DNA from: Tetramitus jugosus
Lineage: Eukaryota > Protista > Heterolobosea
Reading direction: 5' to 3'
DNA: 64,000 nucleotides
Assembly (NCBI GenBank): GCA_937625935.1
Contig: OW569388.1
Coordinates: forward strand, 124,001-188,000
Part shown: piece by piece, positions 12,317-23,219 of the stretch
Layout of the letters: each line of letters starts with the position of its first letter
Position numbering within the stretch: position 1 is the first letter of the stretch
Program-made: the position numbers and the translations under genes
The notes under the pieces: generated by a model
Told to the model about the DNA's origin: nothing
The model's database searches: none
The model's input: the letters and a program-made list of their open reading frames with translations, nothing else

Positions 12317-12874
12317 TTATACATTCAAATTGTGTTCCTTCACAATTTGTTCAATCGATTCTTCCAATGCAATTTGCTGCTTGAGTCTCTGTCTGGCAAG
12401 TGGTCTAAAGTCTCTGCACAAACTCCTGTACTGATCCAAATCGTTCAACAAGTTTGTCACCTTGTTCTTCAATCCTTTCTCAAAGCACGCGTCCAATGTG
12501 CGCTCTGCTCTCAGAATGAGTTGTGTCTTGTACTCGTCTGTTTGCTTACCTTCTGACTTGTTCATCAATTCTTGCAATTCACTGTCTGATTGTTCCAATT
12601 TCTTCAATTGTGGCATCAAATTCAAAATTTCTGTCTCTCTCGGACCGAATTCAATGTCTCGTTGCTGAACGCCTTCACCTTGATTGATCGGTTCATGATA
12701 GATTCTGTTGCCTTCGTTCGGGATCATTTTGATATTTTGACCGTACAAGTGTTGAATATAGTTGAGAACGTCTTCTGGCTTTGGTGATTCACCGACATAG
12801 AGAATCAAATTGGTCATTGCCTTGTTCTCGATCACAAAATCATTTCCTTCATATGATAGTACAGTGGTTGGCAT
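12317..12874 (-). CDS. Hypothetical protein (~185 aa, helical C-terminus)
   Basis: ATG after an A/C-rich leader, coding-like composition; no motif recognised. Confidence 0.65.
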   Translation of the reverse strand: MPTTVLSYEGNDFVIENKAMTNLILYVGESPKPEDVLNYIQHLYGQNIKMIPNEGNRIYHEPINQGEGVQQRDIEFGPRETEILNLMPQLKKLEQSDSELQELMNKSEGKQTDEYKTQLILRAERTLDACFEKGLKNKVTNLLNDLDQYRSLCRDFRPLARQRLKQQIALEESIEQIVKEHNLNV

Positions 12875-13404
12875 GGTTGTTGTAGTTGGTTTTGTGGGTG
12901 TGATTGAATGATGTGTGTACAGCGCAAAGCTCAAGCTTTCTCTTTTTCTTCGTTTTGCTTTGTTTTCGGTCGGATTGTTGATCACAAGAATAATTTTTTT
13001 GGGTGTTTTCGTTGTAAGGGCGAGCGCAATTATGCTAAAGATAGAATTTCATGGTTGCAAGTTCAAAGTTGTAAGCAAGACAGAAGAGATGTTTTGAGTT
13101 CCAGAAATGACATTGTATTGAAAGAATGAATGATCATTGGAAGGATATGTGAGGTTTATCTTCAGGGCATCTCTGGAGTCAGGTTAGCGACTACGTCGGG
13201 AAAATCGAACTAGTCCCGAGTTCCTGATATTTGGCCAAGTGTTTCTGTCGAACAAGCGTGACGTCAAAATTTAGGTGGCTGGGAGACAATGTTCAGTGCT
13301 TTGTTGGGTTTGTTGGTATTTAAATATTTTAAGGCATTCAACGAAATGAACCAATCAACACCAAAACAAAGAAAGGCCCAACTGAACTACTTTAGTACAT
13401 AACA

Positions 13405-13938
13405 ATGGGCAATTACATTACATCTCTTATTAGTGACATCTGGAAGAACAAGAAGGCAAGAATCCTAGTTCTGGGTTTAGATGCAGCAGGCAAGACTACA
13501 ATACTTTACAAACTTCAAGTAGATGAAAATGTGATGACTATCCCAACAGTAGGATTCAATATCGAAACCGTTAAGTACAAGAATATTGACTTCACAATGT
13601 GGGATGTTGGTGGTCAAGATAGAATTCGTTCTCTGTGGAGATACTACTTTGAGGGTGCAGATGCCCTCATTTACGTCGTAGATAGCAACGATCGGGCAAG
13701 GATGTCCGAAGCAAGAGATGAACTACATAAGGTTTTGTCTCATGACTTGCTAAGCAATGTTCAAGTCTTGATATTAGCAAACAAACAAGATCTTCCATTC
13801 TCTTTGAGTGCGGCAGAGGTTAGGGAGCAAATGAACGTGCACGAACTTCGACAGAAGAATTGGTTCGTCCAACCCACTTGTGCAAATTCTGGAGAAGGAT
13901 TAACTCAAGGATTAAACTGGTTAGCCAATCAATTGTAA
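13405..13938 (+). CDS. ARF: ADP-ribosylation factor family GTPase
   Basis: MG myristoylation start, GLDAAGKT, PTVGFNIE, WDVGGQ, ANKQD. Confidence 0.95.
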   Translation: MGNYITSLISDIWKNKKARILVLGLDAAGKTTILYKLQVDENVMTIPTVGFNIETVKYKNIDFTMWDVGGQDRIRSLWRYYFEGADALIYVVDSNDRARMSEARDELHKVLSHDLLSNVQVLILANKQDLPFSLSAAEVREQMNVHELRQKNWFVQPTCANSGEGLTQGLNWLANQL

Positions 13939-14189
13939 GTCAAACGCGGCATAAGTCATTTAGTGTTGAGTTCTATTGTTTAAGTTTTAAAATGGGACAG
14001 CAACTCGGAATAGAGCGCGATCCCACAAGCCACTTTGTGACTTTGAACTGTGGAGGCTTTGGAAATGTGCTTGGTACTGCTTTGAATAAAATTCTCGCTT
14101 CTTTGGGTGTGGGATCGCTTGAAGTTTAAAGGGTTCGCTTTTCCCAATACCAAACTTCAAAAGGATGTAACAAAATTAAGTGCAGAATT

Positions 14190-17100
14190 TTACTGATTGC
14201 CTGTGTTGACATACAAGAATACAGATCCATAGCAAATCTCCTTTTCTGCACGACGGTAATTGTTCAAAAATTCGAATCTGACAATCTTGATATCCTGGTA
14301 TGTCTTGTCAAAGTCGAAGAATAAATTAGTCCCAGGTGCCACCTTTGGCACAACAAACGTTCCCACCATATGGTGGTAAACTTCTTTCTGATCATCGTCA
14401 CCTCCTGATAGCACACTGACACGAATGTCTTGTACTTGAGTACCGATGCCTGCTGCTCCATGTTGCACGCATATTCTAAATCCAGAGACATATCTGCTCT
14501 TGTTGTTTGGATTCGGAGAGACATACAGGTCCAATGTATGGATTTCTCTGTGGAAAACGGAGTTGTCCGTTTGGAGTTGGACACGAGAAGTTACAGGTCT
14601 CGTCTTCATGATTTGATCGTACTTTGAGATATCCTCTTGGCTCAATAGCTCGGTCTCCGAGGCCGAGTTCACCTTACCATACACAAACACACGACCCAAA
14701 TGTAAGAAGGATGTACCCTTCTGTAGTTGCTCTGGATTCAATTGGATGGTTAGTTGCAGGATTCTGCACTTTCCGTTATTGTACAATTTCGTTGGCACAG
14801 TGCTTCCATCATCACAGATCAAGTCTGCAAACTTCAAGTCAACACGATCAAATGGTGAAATGAACAACTTGTTGTCAGACAGTTGTTGCTTTGGAGTAAT
14901 CTTAGACAAATCCCAATGACCAATCGACTTGATATTTGGCAAACGGTCAGCCACTGCTACCTTGATGAGTGGAGCATCGTGCATTTGGTATCCCAATCGA
15001 TCAACCAACAGTGAGAGTCTTGATAATTCGGTGTTACATGGCAGAATCATGATGATTGGAACACTTGTTATTCCTTGAGGGGCGTACCAATATTGATTCT
15101 TGAGAATGTTTGGAGGCAACAGAATAGTTTCAATAGGAGGTGAAGCGGGGTCAGTGTCAACTGAACTCAAGATACCAGCGCTGGGGAAAATAGAAACACA
15201 AGTTTCTTCGAAATCATCCTTAATATTCACCTCGGGTAGACAACTACAAGGGTGAAGCTGCGTGAAGAGCTTGTAATATACATCCTCATTACTTTTTAGT
15301 TTCTTCTCCTCTAATTCAATGTGTTTTTGGATCTCTTGAATCATGCCCTTCTGATTTGTAATAGTATTGGCGCACTCAATACAAACAGGACCTTGACCCC
15401 ACATGTACTCAATAATAGGGAGCTTATTCTTGGCCATACATTTGTTACAAAATGAGTATCTGCAATATCTGCAAGCCTTGGACTTGAATTTGATGCTAGA
15501 TCGACACAGGTGACAGTTATTGGTCTTTCTTCGTTTTCTGAGTACCTTTTCAATTTCAATGTCTCTATAGAACACGAAGGAGTTAGGATCAAAGGATTTC
15601 ACTTTGAAACCCTGCTCGACTAAAATACTGTCTCTTTGACTAGGAGTCAAGTTCAACTTCAAGCGGGCAAGATCTAATTCAAGAGCATCAGTGAAGCTGA
15701 TATTCACTGGCGATTTTGGTACCTTCGTATTCAAGAACTTGATGTACTTTTGTCTTGCCTTCTCAATGTCAGATTGCAGATCTTGAAGTGAGGCAGGCTC
15801 ACTTTGATTCACGTTCGACTCTGTAGAATCGTTGTTCATCTTGATACTATTTTCAATAAATGATTCCAAGGACTCTCCATTGTTCGAATTGAAAGTGACA
15901 TTTGGAGTATTGGCAAAGTAATCATCAAATAGCGAATTAGTCTCGATATTTCTTTTGGTGACAGAATTTCTTTCAACAGGTTCGTTATCATCTTGTGCTT
16001 CGTCATCAGAGTCGTCATTGCGGGTCTGTTCAGTCTCGGCAATTTCATCCAGATGAGTAGTGGATGAAATCTCTTCAATGTTAGGTGAGTCCTGTTTCTT
16101 TCTTTCTTCCGCGAGGAGTAGTTCTGCTTCGTTGAGAGCCTCCATTACCTTGTTGATATCACCATTAGATGATGCTTGCTCTAATTCGAACTCGAACTTC
16201 TTTGGAGACTTTCCACTCTCTTCCTGAATTCCGAACACTTGAATTTGTCCGAGAGTCATAAAGGCAGCAGGAGGAATACCATAGAATGTAATTCTCACAA
16301 TACGCATGGCAGAGCTGGCTACACGTCCCTCAAAATCGTAGAGAGCAGAGTCTTGGACAATACCTGAGATTTGAGGAGGAAGGCTGTATAAGAGTTTCGT
16401 TCCATCTTCGCACTTTGGGATAATCATTTCTTGGAAGGCCATTTTTTGGTTGTCGATATGTGATCCCACAAAAACATCCATCTTTGTTGGAGCAGATAAC
16501 TCAGATGTTCCATGTCTCACAGTAATAGCAAGCTCAGTTACTCTACAATACACAGGTAGATAGATGTGTACCTCAACATAATCATAATCTCGAGGACAAA
16601 TCCAACAATATTTGGTGGCACTTCTCAACAGCGAATATTCTTCATTCTTGTTGGTCGCTATTTCAGAGGGCAGCGTTTTGAATATATAAGAAGGATATGG
16701 TGTCAAGTATCTAATTTTTCCACCACTTTCAGATGCAGAGTGAGCAGGGAAATAGGTATTCCAGTTCACACCCAAGAACATTTCAATGGATGTTTGTCTG
16801 TACTTGTCCTTCAATACATTTTGAATTCTTCTCTCCACAATAATTTTTGTGTTCGATGGTGCTGCTGGTAAGTGTTGTGCGAATTCTCTCAATGCACCAG
16901 TATGCATCGCCACAGTGTTGGTATAAACTGTAGCACATACGTCTCCCTTATTCACGTACACTTCAGCCAATTTTACAAGTAGATCATTATCGTATGTTTG
17001 TTTCAAATAATCAAGTGAGAAGCTCAATCCCTCGAAGCTTGGAATATCCTCAGCGGATTTTTTGGACGAGCAAAGGGTAGAGCCAATGAGTCTACATTGC

Positions 17101-18871
17101 TCGGCAATCGTCTGCAGTGAATGGAAGAAACAAACTAAATTGGTTCTATCGAGGGAATCAGCGCAATTGACACGAACAATACCGTTTTGTTCTTTTGTTA
17201 TCTTTGATTCAAGAATTTTTCCATCGTTAGACACTCGAAGTTGACCAACAGTGACGCCATATGCCTTCAACTTTGGTCCAACTGCACTCCATAATCCTTC
17301 GACAGATGCGTTAAGACCATTGACCTTCAATAAATGATGCCAATCGTATTTGATCATATTTACATCAATGGCCATCAACTTTTTAATCATGCTCAATGAT
17401 TCTTCATAATGCTACACATGAGAATTGAAAAAGGTGTAAGTCACATGAAAAGAACAGTCTTTCAATAGAGTCCAAAAAAATGAATCAATACCTCTGTCAA
17501 ATTTCCTTCATCAGCGTGAACACTCTTTCCTCTCAATACGTTCACAATTGTCAATGGTTTACTCTTGTATCGATTTGCGAGCCTAGAATAATAAACATCG
17601 ATATTTTCATATGGTTTCTCACTAATCACAATATCAGCATCGGCAACAGCACTGTTCATCTCTGATCTCCAATGAATAGGCACAGTTCCTCTTCTCCAAA
17701 CATTTCTGGACCACTGCACAACACCCTGTACAGTTTTCCACACCAACTGTTCCACTTCATATTCATTACCTGGACTCGCCTTATGATTCAATCCTCTGGC
17801 ATTGTATCTCGTACCTGGATTCAAACTACTCCTCTTACAAATCATTCCGATATGAACTGTATTTGATGTATTCATAGTTGTTCAAGATTATCGTCATTAG
17901 ACACACAACCAATAAGAAAAACAAAATTGTCGTTAAAATCAATGTCCTTCACAATGATAAACGAACATACAAACACACAATTCAATCATCAAAAAACACA
18001 TACTCGGTGTGGTGACATCCAACACAACATTCTCCTTTGCAATACCCTGCATCAACACACAACACCATCTTCTCATTCCCAACACCTTGAACTCTTTGGT
18101 GATCTCTTCGTTCCAACAAAATTCAGCATCATAATCATCCACAGTAAACGTCGATGGAAATTGTCTCGTTAAATCATATGTTTCCGAGTAGTAATGCAAC
18201 CCATTGATGGGATACACTTGAAGAACATCGATATTCTTGAGTTCAAACTTTGATTGATGAGCCATTGGATATGCCAAATTGATTTTCAACCATTTGGAGT
18301 CTTGAACACAAAATACCTTGTGATTGGGAGGCAGTACCAAGTCCAATGAGACCTTTGTTGCTACACACAACAAGGATTGATTTCCAATAACAGTGTAACC
18401 AATAATCGCATGACATTTACTACCAATTGTTATACACACACAAGAAGTGGTCATGTCAGTATTTGTTGTTGTTGTTGTCATCAATCAATGAAACAAGAAA
18501 TACCACAGACAGACAAGCAGGCGTGTACATACGTAATATTCTTGATAATAGGCTTCTTCTTAGTCAAATAGATGAGGGCATCTCTTGGTGAATGAAACAA
18601 ATCTACACCTGGTTGACCAGTGTACAATAGACGACCAGTGTAGCGCTCAATGGTGAATACTTGAGTGTCTGAACGATCACACAACGAACTCACAATATAC
18701 TATATCGATCCATTATCACACAAAAAACAAGAACAAAAAAATGAAAAAAGCAAAAAACGTGTTAGCTTTTGATGTTTTTTGAAAGCTTTTTTGATAACAT
18801 ACCCATCGTCCATGGATTGTCTCGACAATCAGATGAGTGGTATCTCTTGTGTTCTGAGACAGTGATGACAT
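14190..18871 (-). CDS. SAC9: SAC9-like phosphoinositide phosphatase with FYVE-like zinc finger, 5 exons
   Basis: SAC motifs PGTRYNARGLN, WRRGTVPIHW, RVNCADSLDRTN (SAC9-type variant); FYVE-like Cys pattern ~15370-15515; frame-consistent introns 18700-18802, 18420-18532, 17856-18003, 17412-17491. Confidence 0.85.
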
Positions 18872-19096
18872 TTGTTCAAGTCGTTGTTTTGATTTTGGTT
18901 CGTTTGCACAGTGCAATCCAGTGGCATATGTACTCAAAGCACAGACTATGAGACTAGAGTAAATTGTTCTCTTCGCTATTTTTGTAAGTTATCCGCCTTC
19001 CAAACACGAAAATCATCCATAAACAACGATACAAATGAAGATGATGCAAGACTCATAATAACAGCAACAACAACAAAACAACACACAAACGAAGCA

Positions 19097-20029
19097 ATGA
19101 CAGCATCAAACAGCACTACGACATTTGCACACACTTCCAACTTGAATGGTGATCATAGGAGCAAGGGTGTGGGAGGTCGTGTCTCCTCTACATCACAGAA
19201 GATTGTGTGTCGTACTACAACGAAGATTCTTGAAGAGAAGCTATCAATTGCAAATAAGAAGATTCAGTTATTGAACCAAAGTGTCACCAAACTCCAACTG
19301 GAACTAGTTCACTACAAACAATATTTCGCTTCCATGTACCTGAACAATTCTATGAACCATAATACAGCATCAAGTGCAGTTCCAATTTCTATTGTTGCAC
19401 CTGTTAATATGGCATCTGTTGAGCAGAAGATTGATAATTACATTGAGCAATCTGATGATTCTGATCCAAGCATTGCATATTTTGAAGTGTCATGTGCTTT
19501 GAAAGTATTGAAGAGCAGAGTGAAGCAAGCACGTACCCAGTCTATTAGTTTTCAACCAGAGAACACTGCATGTAATATTACTCGTGGTGAGTTTGAGAAA
19601 TTGTATGATTGTCACAGAATCCAAGAATTTCTAGGTTCAGCAACCAAGATCCTTAATAATAGATTGCAACCTGGCTTTGCGAAGAATGGAACCAATCTAC
19701 ATCTAGGTCAATGTCCATTTTATCTGTTCAATTATTTTATGTCTCTACAGAGCAATTGTAAGCATACAACCAAAGTTTTCCACCCAATCAGAGATGGAGT
19801 GAGAGTGAATGTCACAAAGCATTATTATAGATTCAATAATACTCTTCCTGATTTTGGATCCAGATGGCACATTCGTGATCATGGAAATGTTGTTGACTGG
19901 AGTGCAGAAATGAGATCCATGTACCAATCCATTGTATTAATTATTAATGAAGAAGATGATAGAGTTACATGCAAGTACTCTCAAGTGTCACAATTCAAAT
20001 TTTGTGATCGTTGGATAGATACTGCATAA
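19097..20029 (+). CDS. Unknown 310-aa protein convergent with the RAG1-like transposase
   Basis: Long intronless ORF, N-terminal coiled coil (LEEKLSIANKKIQLLNQSVTKLQLEL), globular C-terminus; stop is 54 bp from the transposase stop. Confidence 0.7.
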   Translation: MTASNSTTTFAHTSNLNGDHRSKGVGGRVSSTSQKIVCRTTTKILEEKLSIANKKIQLLNQSVTKLQLELVHYKQYFASMYLNNSMNHNTASSAVPISIVAPVNMASVEQKIDNYIEQSDDSDPSIAYFEVSCALKVLKSRVKQARTQSISFQPENTACNITRGEFEKLYDCHRIQEFLGSATKILNNRLQPGFAKNGTNLHLGQCPFYLFNYFMSLQSNCKHTTKVFHPIRDGVRVNVTKHYYRFNNTLPDFGSRWHIRDHGNVVDWSAEMRSMYQSIVLIINEEDDRVTCKYSQVSQFKFCDRWIDTA

Positions 20030-20083
20030 TATGGACTAATTGTAAACAATTCATTTTTCAACTTCTGCAATGTAATTATATAC

Positions 20084-22849
20084 TCATACACTTCGAGCAT
20101 TATTGATGTTGCCAATAAGCGTCTGTAGGAAAGAATCATTAGCTCCACTATACGCACGTGTGTTTCTCATCAAATCTGGATCAATTCTCTGCCTCTTATT
20201 AGAGTTATTGTCAGTTGTCACATACAATGGATACTGTGGCTGGAACTGTTGTTGCTCTTGCACAACTGGTGCAAGTTGTGGCTGGAACTGCTGTGTTGAG
20301 TACTGTTGAGATCCGTATTGTATCAATGGATACTGCTGCTGGAATTGTGGTGGCATCTGTGGAACAAATGGATTATTCATTTCTGGAATAGGGCCATTCT
20401 GTTGAGACGAATCAATGCTGGTACTGTTTCCAATTGGTACATATGCCTTCTCTGTTGATTGTGGTAGTTCAGATACATATTGTTGCATATATCCCTCTAT
20501 ATCATCACCCATCTGGAGCAAATCCAGTAGTACAATCAATTTCCAGTTCTCCAATTTGTTCAATAGGAGCTTTCGTGGATCATTCTTCTTCTTTTTGCTG
20601 TTAGTTTCATCTGTTTCATCAACGAATTCGTCATCGCTGTTACCATTATCATCTATAGGCTCCATATATTCAGAGTGTTTGCCCAGCCACTTTATATGTT
20701 CATGCTGTGCTGGTAGATATATCTTTCTGAGGCCTTGATAGAATGTTTGCTCAAACTGAGTCTTTCTAGCAACGCCACTCTTTGCAGCTTTACCACCTGC
20801 ACTTGTAGCTCGTGTCTTGGCTTTCATGTGCATAGAGTGGACATTCTCTGTTCCTTCATTCGAATATCTGCACAAAGATCCATGCTGCACCAGCAATTCC
20901 GGCAAATGTTTGATCATAATATGAAAGTAATAGGCAAATTTGCTCGCTGGATATCTGAATCTGAGGAGACTTCCGAGTGTTTTGAGCAGTTGCTGCAGAA
21001 GCTCCATGTCTAACTCTTCAATCTCTTTGCTAGATGCCTCTACATATCTGTACATAACATATCGATGAATTTTCCAGATTGTAAGCTCCGCTGGATCTGC
21101 AATACCATCCAGCACACTCTCAAAGTTATGAAGAATCTCATTCACTTGACTGCCATTCAGATATGGTAACTTGATGTTGCTCTGATCGAAGTCATCATCA
21201 TCTGGATCATTCTCTCGAGCACGAAAATCAAACTGCGAACATCCATTTAACTTTCTGATGTTCTCTTTCAGCTGCTCATGCAATGGTTGCTCCTCACGAG
21301 ATCTCAACAGAATTTGTGACAGAAGATTGCATACAGTTCTCATCTTCAAATGTAGAATACAGATCATAATAACGACATCCATTTTGTATTTCATATTCAA
21401 CATTCTAGCTGCGTGATCCTTTTGAAATAAATGTCTTTCAGCTTTCTTGCACATGCAAAATGGACAGAACAGACCATTCTTGAACACATCAGATATAAGA
21501 GATAGAGCCTTCAGATCATTAACTAAAAATAACTTTAACTTGAATTCAACTTGATCTTGAGTGAATCCATTTTCTATCCACTTCTGAATTTGTTCGAATA
21601 TAGGCTTGAACCTGGTGTCCACATCCTTCTCAGTTTCTGATCCAACATACGAGGCGCAGCAAATACACGAGTCTCTTGATTGAGTTGCAAAAGTAGAGAG
21701 GTTCAATGGCGTGAAAGTCATTGTCGTATATGCGTTTGCTCCACCATCAAATGACAGCTTTCCTTCAATAGACACTTCTCTTGGACCATCTGGAGTATAC
21801 ATAGAATCTCTGTGACAACAACAAATAGCAGAATGAATGTGATGTCTCTGGTGCTTGTTTGAACTGGTACAACAATTATCAGAATGAGTGTGACGCACCT
21901 GCTGCAGTTCTTTCAATGCTCTTTTATGAATTTTGTGCATATCAGCTATTGCTTTGTCTAGTTCAATCTGTAGTCCATCCATAATTTTTGTGACACTATA
22001 CTTTTCCTCTATTTCATTATTCACATTAATTCTCGTTCGCTTGAGCGTTGACTCATGAGGTATATCATTCAAATTAGTATAACCTCGAACACCCTGCAGT
22101 AAACCATCGCTGATCATATAATGGTCTTTCATATACAAAATTGAAAACTTATCTGTTCTTAGTGGATTTGCTTCTTTCAAAATCTGGTTGATAGTTGAAT
22201 ACCTATTGGATCGTTTGGACACCTTTCCAGTTTGATCTCTGATGAAACTATCGATGATCTTATAGAAAATTTCTGGATGATATTGAAAATATAGTTCAAG
22301 AATGGCTTCCAATTATTGGCCATTCGACTCTAAAAGTTCAACGACACCGCACATCAAACGAGTAACTGTTTGTTTTTTATGACCTGCATCATCCATTTCT
22401 TTAACTAATTTGTAAGGTCTTCTGCCGCTCGTTGGTGATACAGTATGATTGTTACATTTGGCACAGTTTAAATTGAATAACTTCTTCATGTCTACATGAC
22501 CAAGTGGAATAGCAGATCCAGTTGCTTCTGAATTGTTTGAATTCACTAAATTATCTTCATTTAACTTTTCGGTCATAATTGAAACAAGATAGCTTATATA
22601 TGAATCACGAACTGAGCACAATTCACTCTGCAAGAATTGATGTAACCATTTTTTATCCACGTATTTATGATTGCCAATCATCATACCAACTGGTTTATAT
22701 GCTGCACTTTGTTGTGGTTTGAAATTCTTCGGCTTCTTGTCACTTCTAGTGCAGTAGTTCTTAATGAGACTTGTCAGATTGAAGTAATGAATGTCATTCA
22801 CTCTTGTGAATACCAATATACTTGGATCAAAATTGACTTGTGCATTCAT
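20084..22849 (-). CDS. RAG1-core-like DDE transposase, interrupted by one in-frame TAA (22313-22315)
   Basis: KLSFDG, LVNDLK, FCPFC, ILHLKMR, LNGSQV, YYFHIMIKHLPELLVQHGSLCRYSNEGTENVH, in the order of the RAG1 core motifs; ORFs 22313..22849 and 20084..22312 share one frame. Confidence 0.8.
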
Positions 22850-23219
22850 TTGTTCGTGTGTTGCTTGTTATTCGTGTTGTTGAAGTTCCACTTTTTTGTT
22901 GACACCAGTTCTTCTATCAATCATAAACAATCGCACTCAAACAATGACTAGTCATCAAATTCAAATCATAATAACCAAAGATTCGTATTGGAAGGCTTTA
23001 TTTGGACATATTTTAGCCATTACATCGTTGCATGACCAAAAACGAATTGTTGATGATATCACAGCTTAGAATGGGGGGAAGTGGAACATACCCCACAAAC
23101 CAAGCATTGAACTGTATTGAAAATAATTGTCCGATGAAATGACACCGCGTATCTTCGAAGCGCGGGATTTCAGGAAGACCTTCTACGGTTATTTTCAAGG
23201 TAAAAATCTGTTGGCGAAA

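Larger units (their letters stand above)
18907..23116. mobile_element. Putative RAG1/Transib/Chapaev-like DNA transposon with two convergent ORFs; boundaries tentative
   Basis: Transposase motifs (see CDS); CACAGTG at 18907; degenerate inverted blocks at the right side; intronless; sits between divergent host genes SAC9 and DCTN6. Confidence 0.55.

Noticed and set aside
13179-13227. Hairpin with GACTA/TAGTC resembling group I intron P7
   Set aside because: Only 17 nt between the strands, too short for P3' plus P8; no other core elements found
19300-19920. Apparent CpG depletion inside the transposon
   Set aside because: A rough by-eye count on a small AT-rich sample; not reliable without an observed/expected calculation
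19097-20029. Calling the partner ORF RAG2-like
   Set aside because: No kelch repeats or PHD finger visible; only its position is analogous
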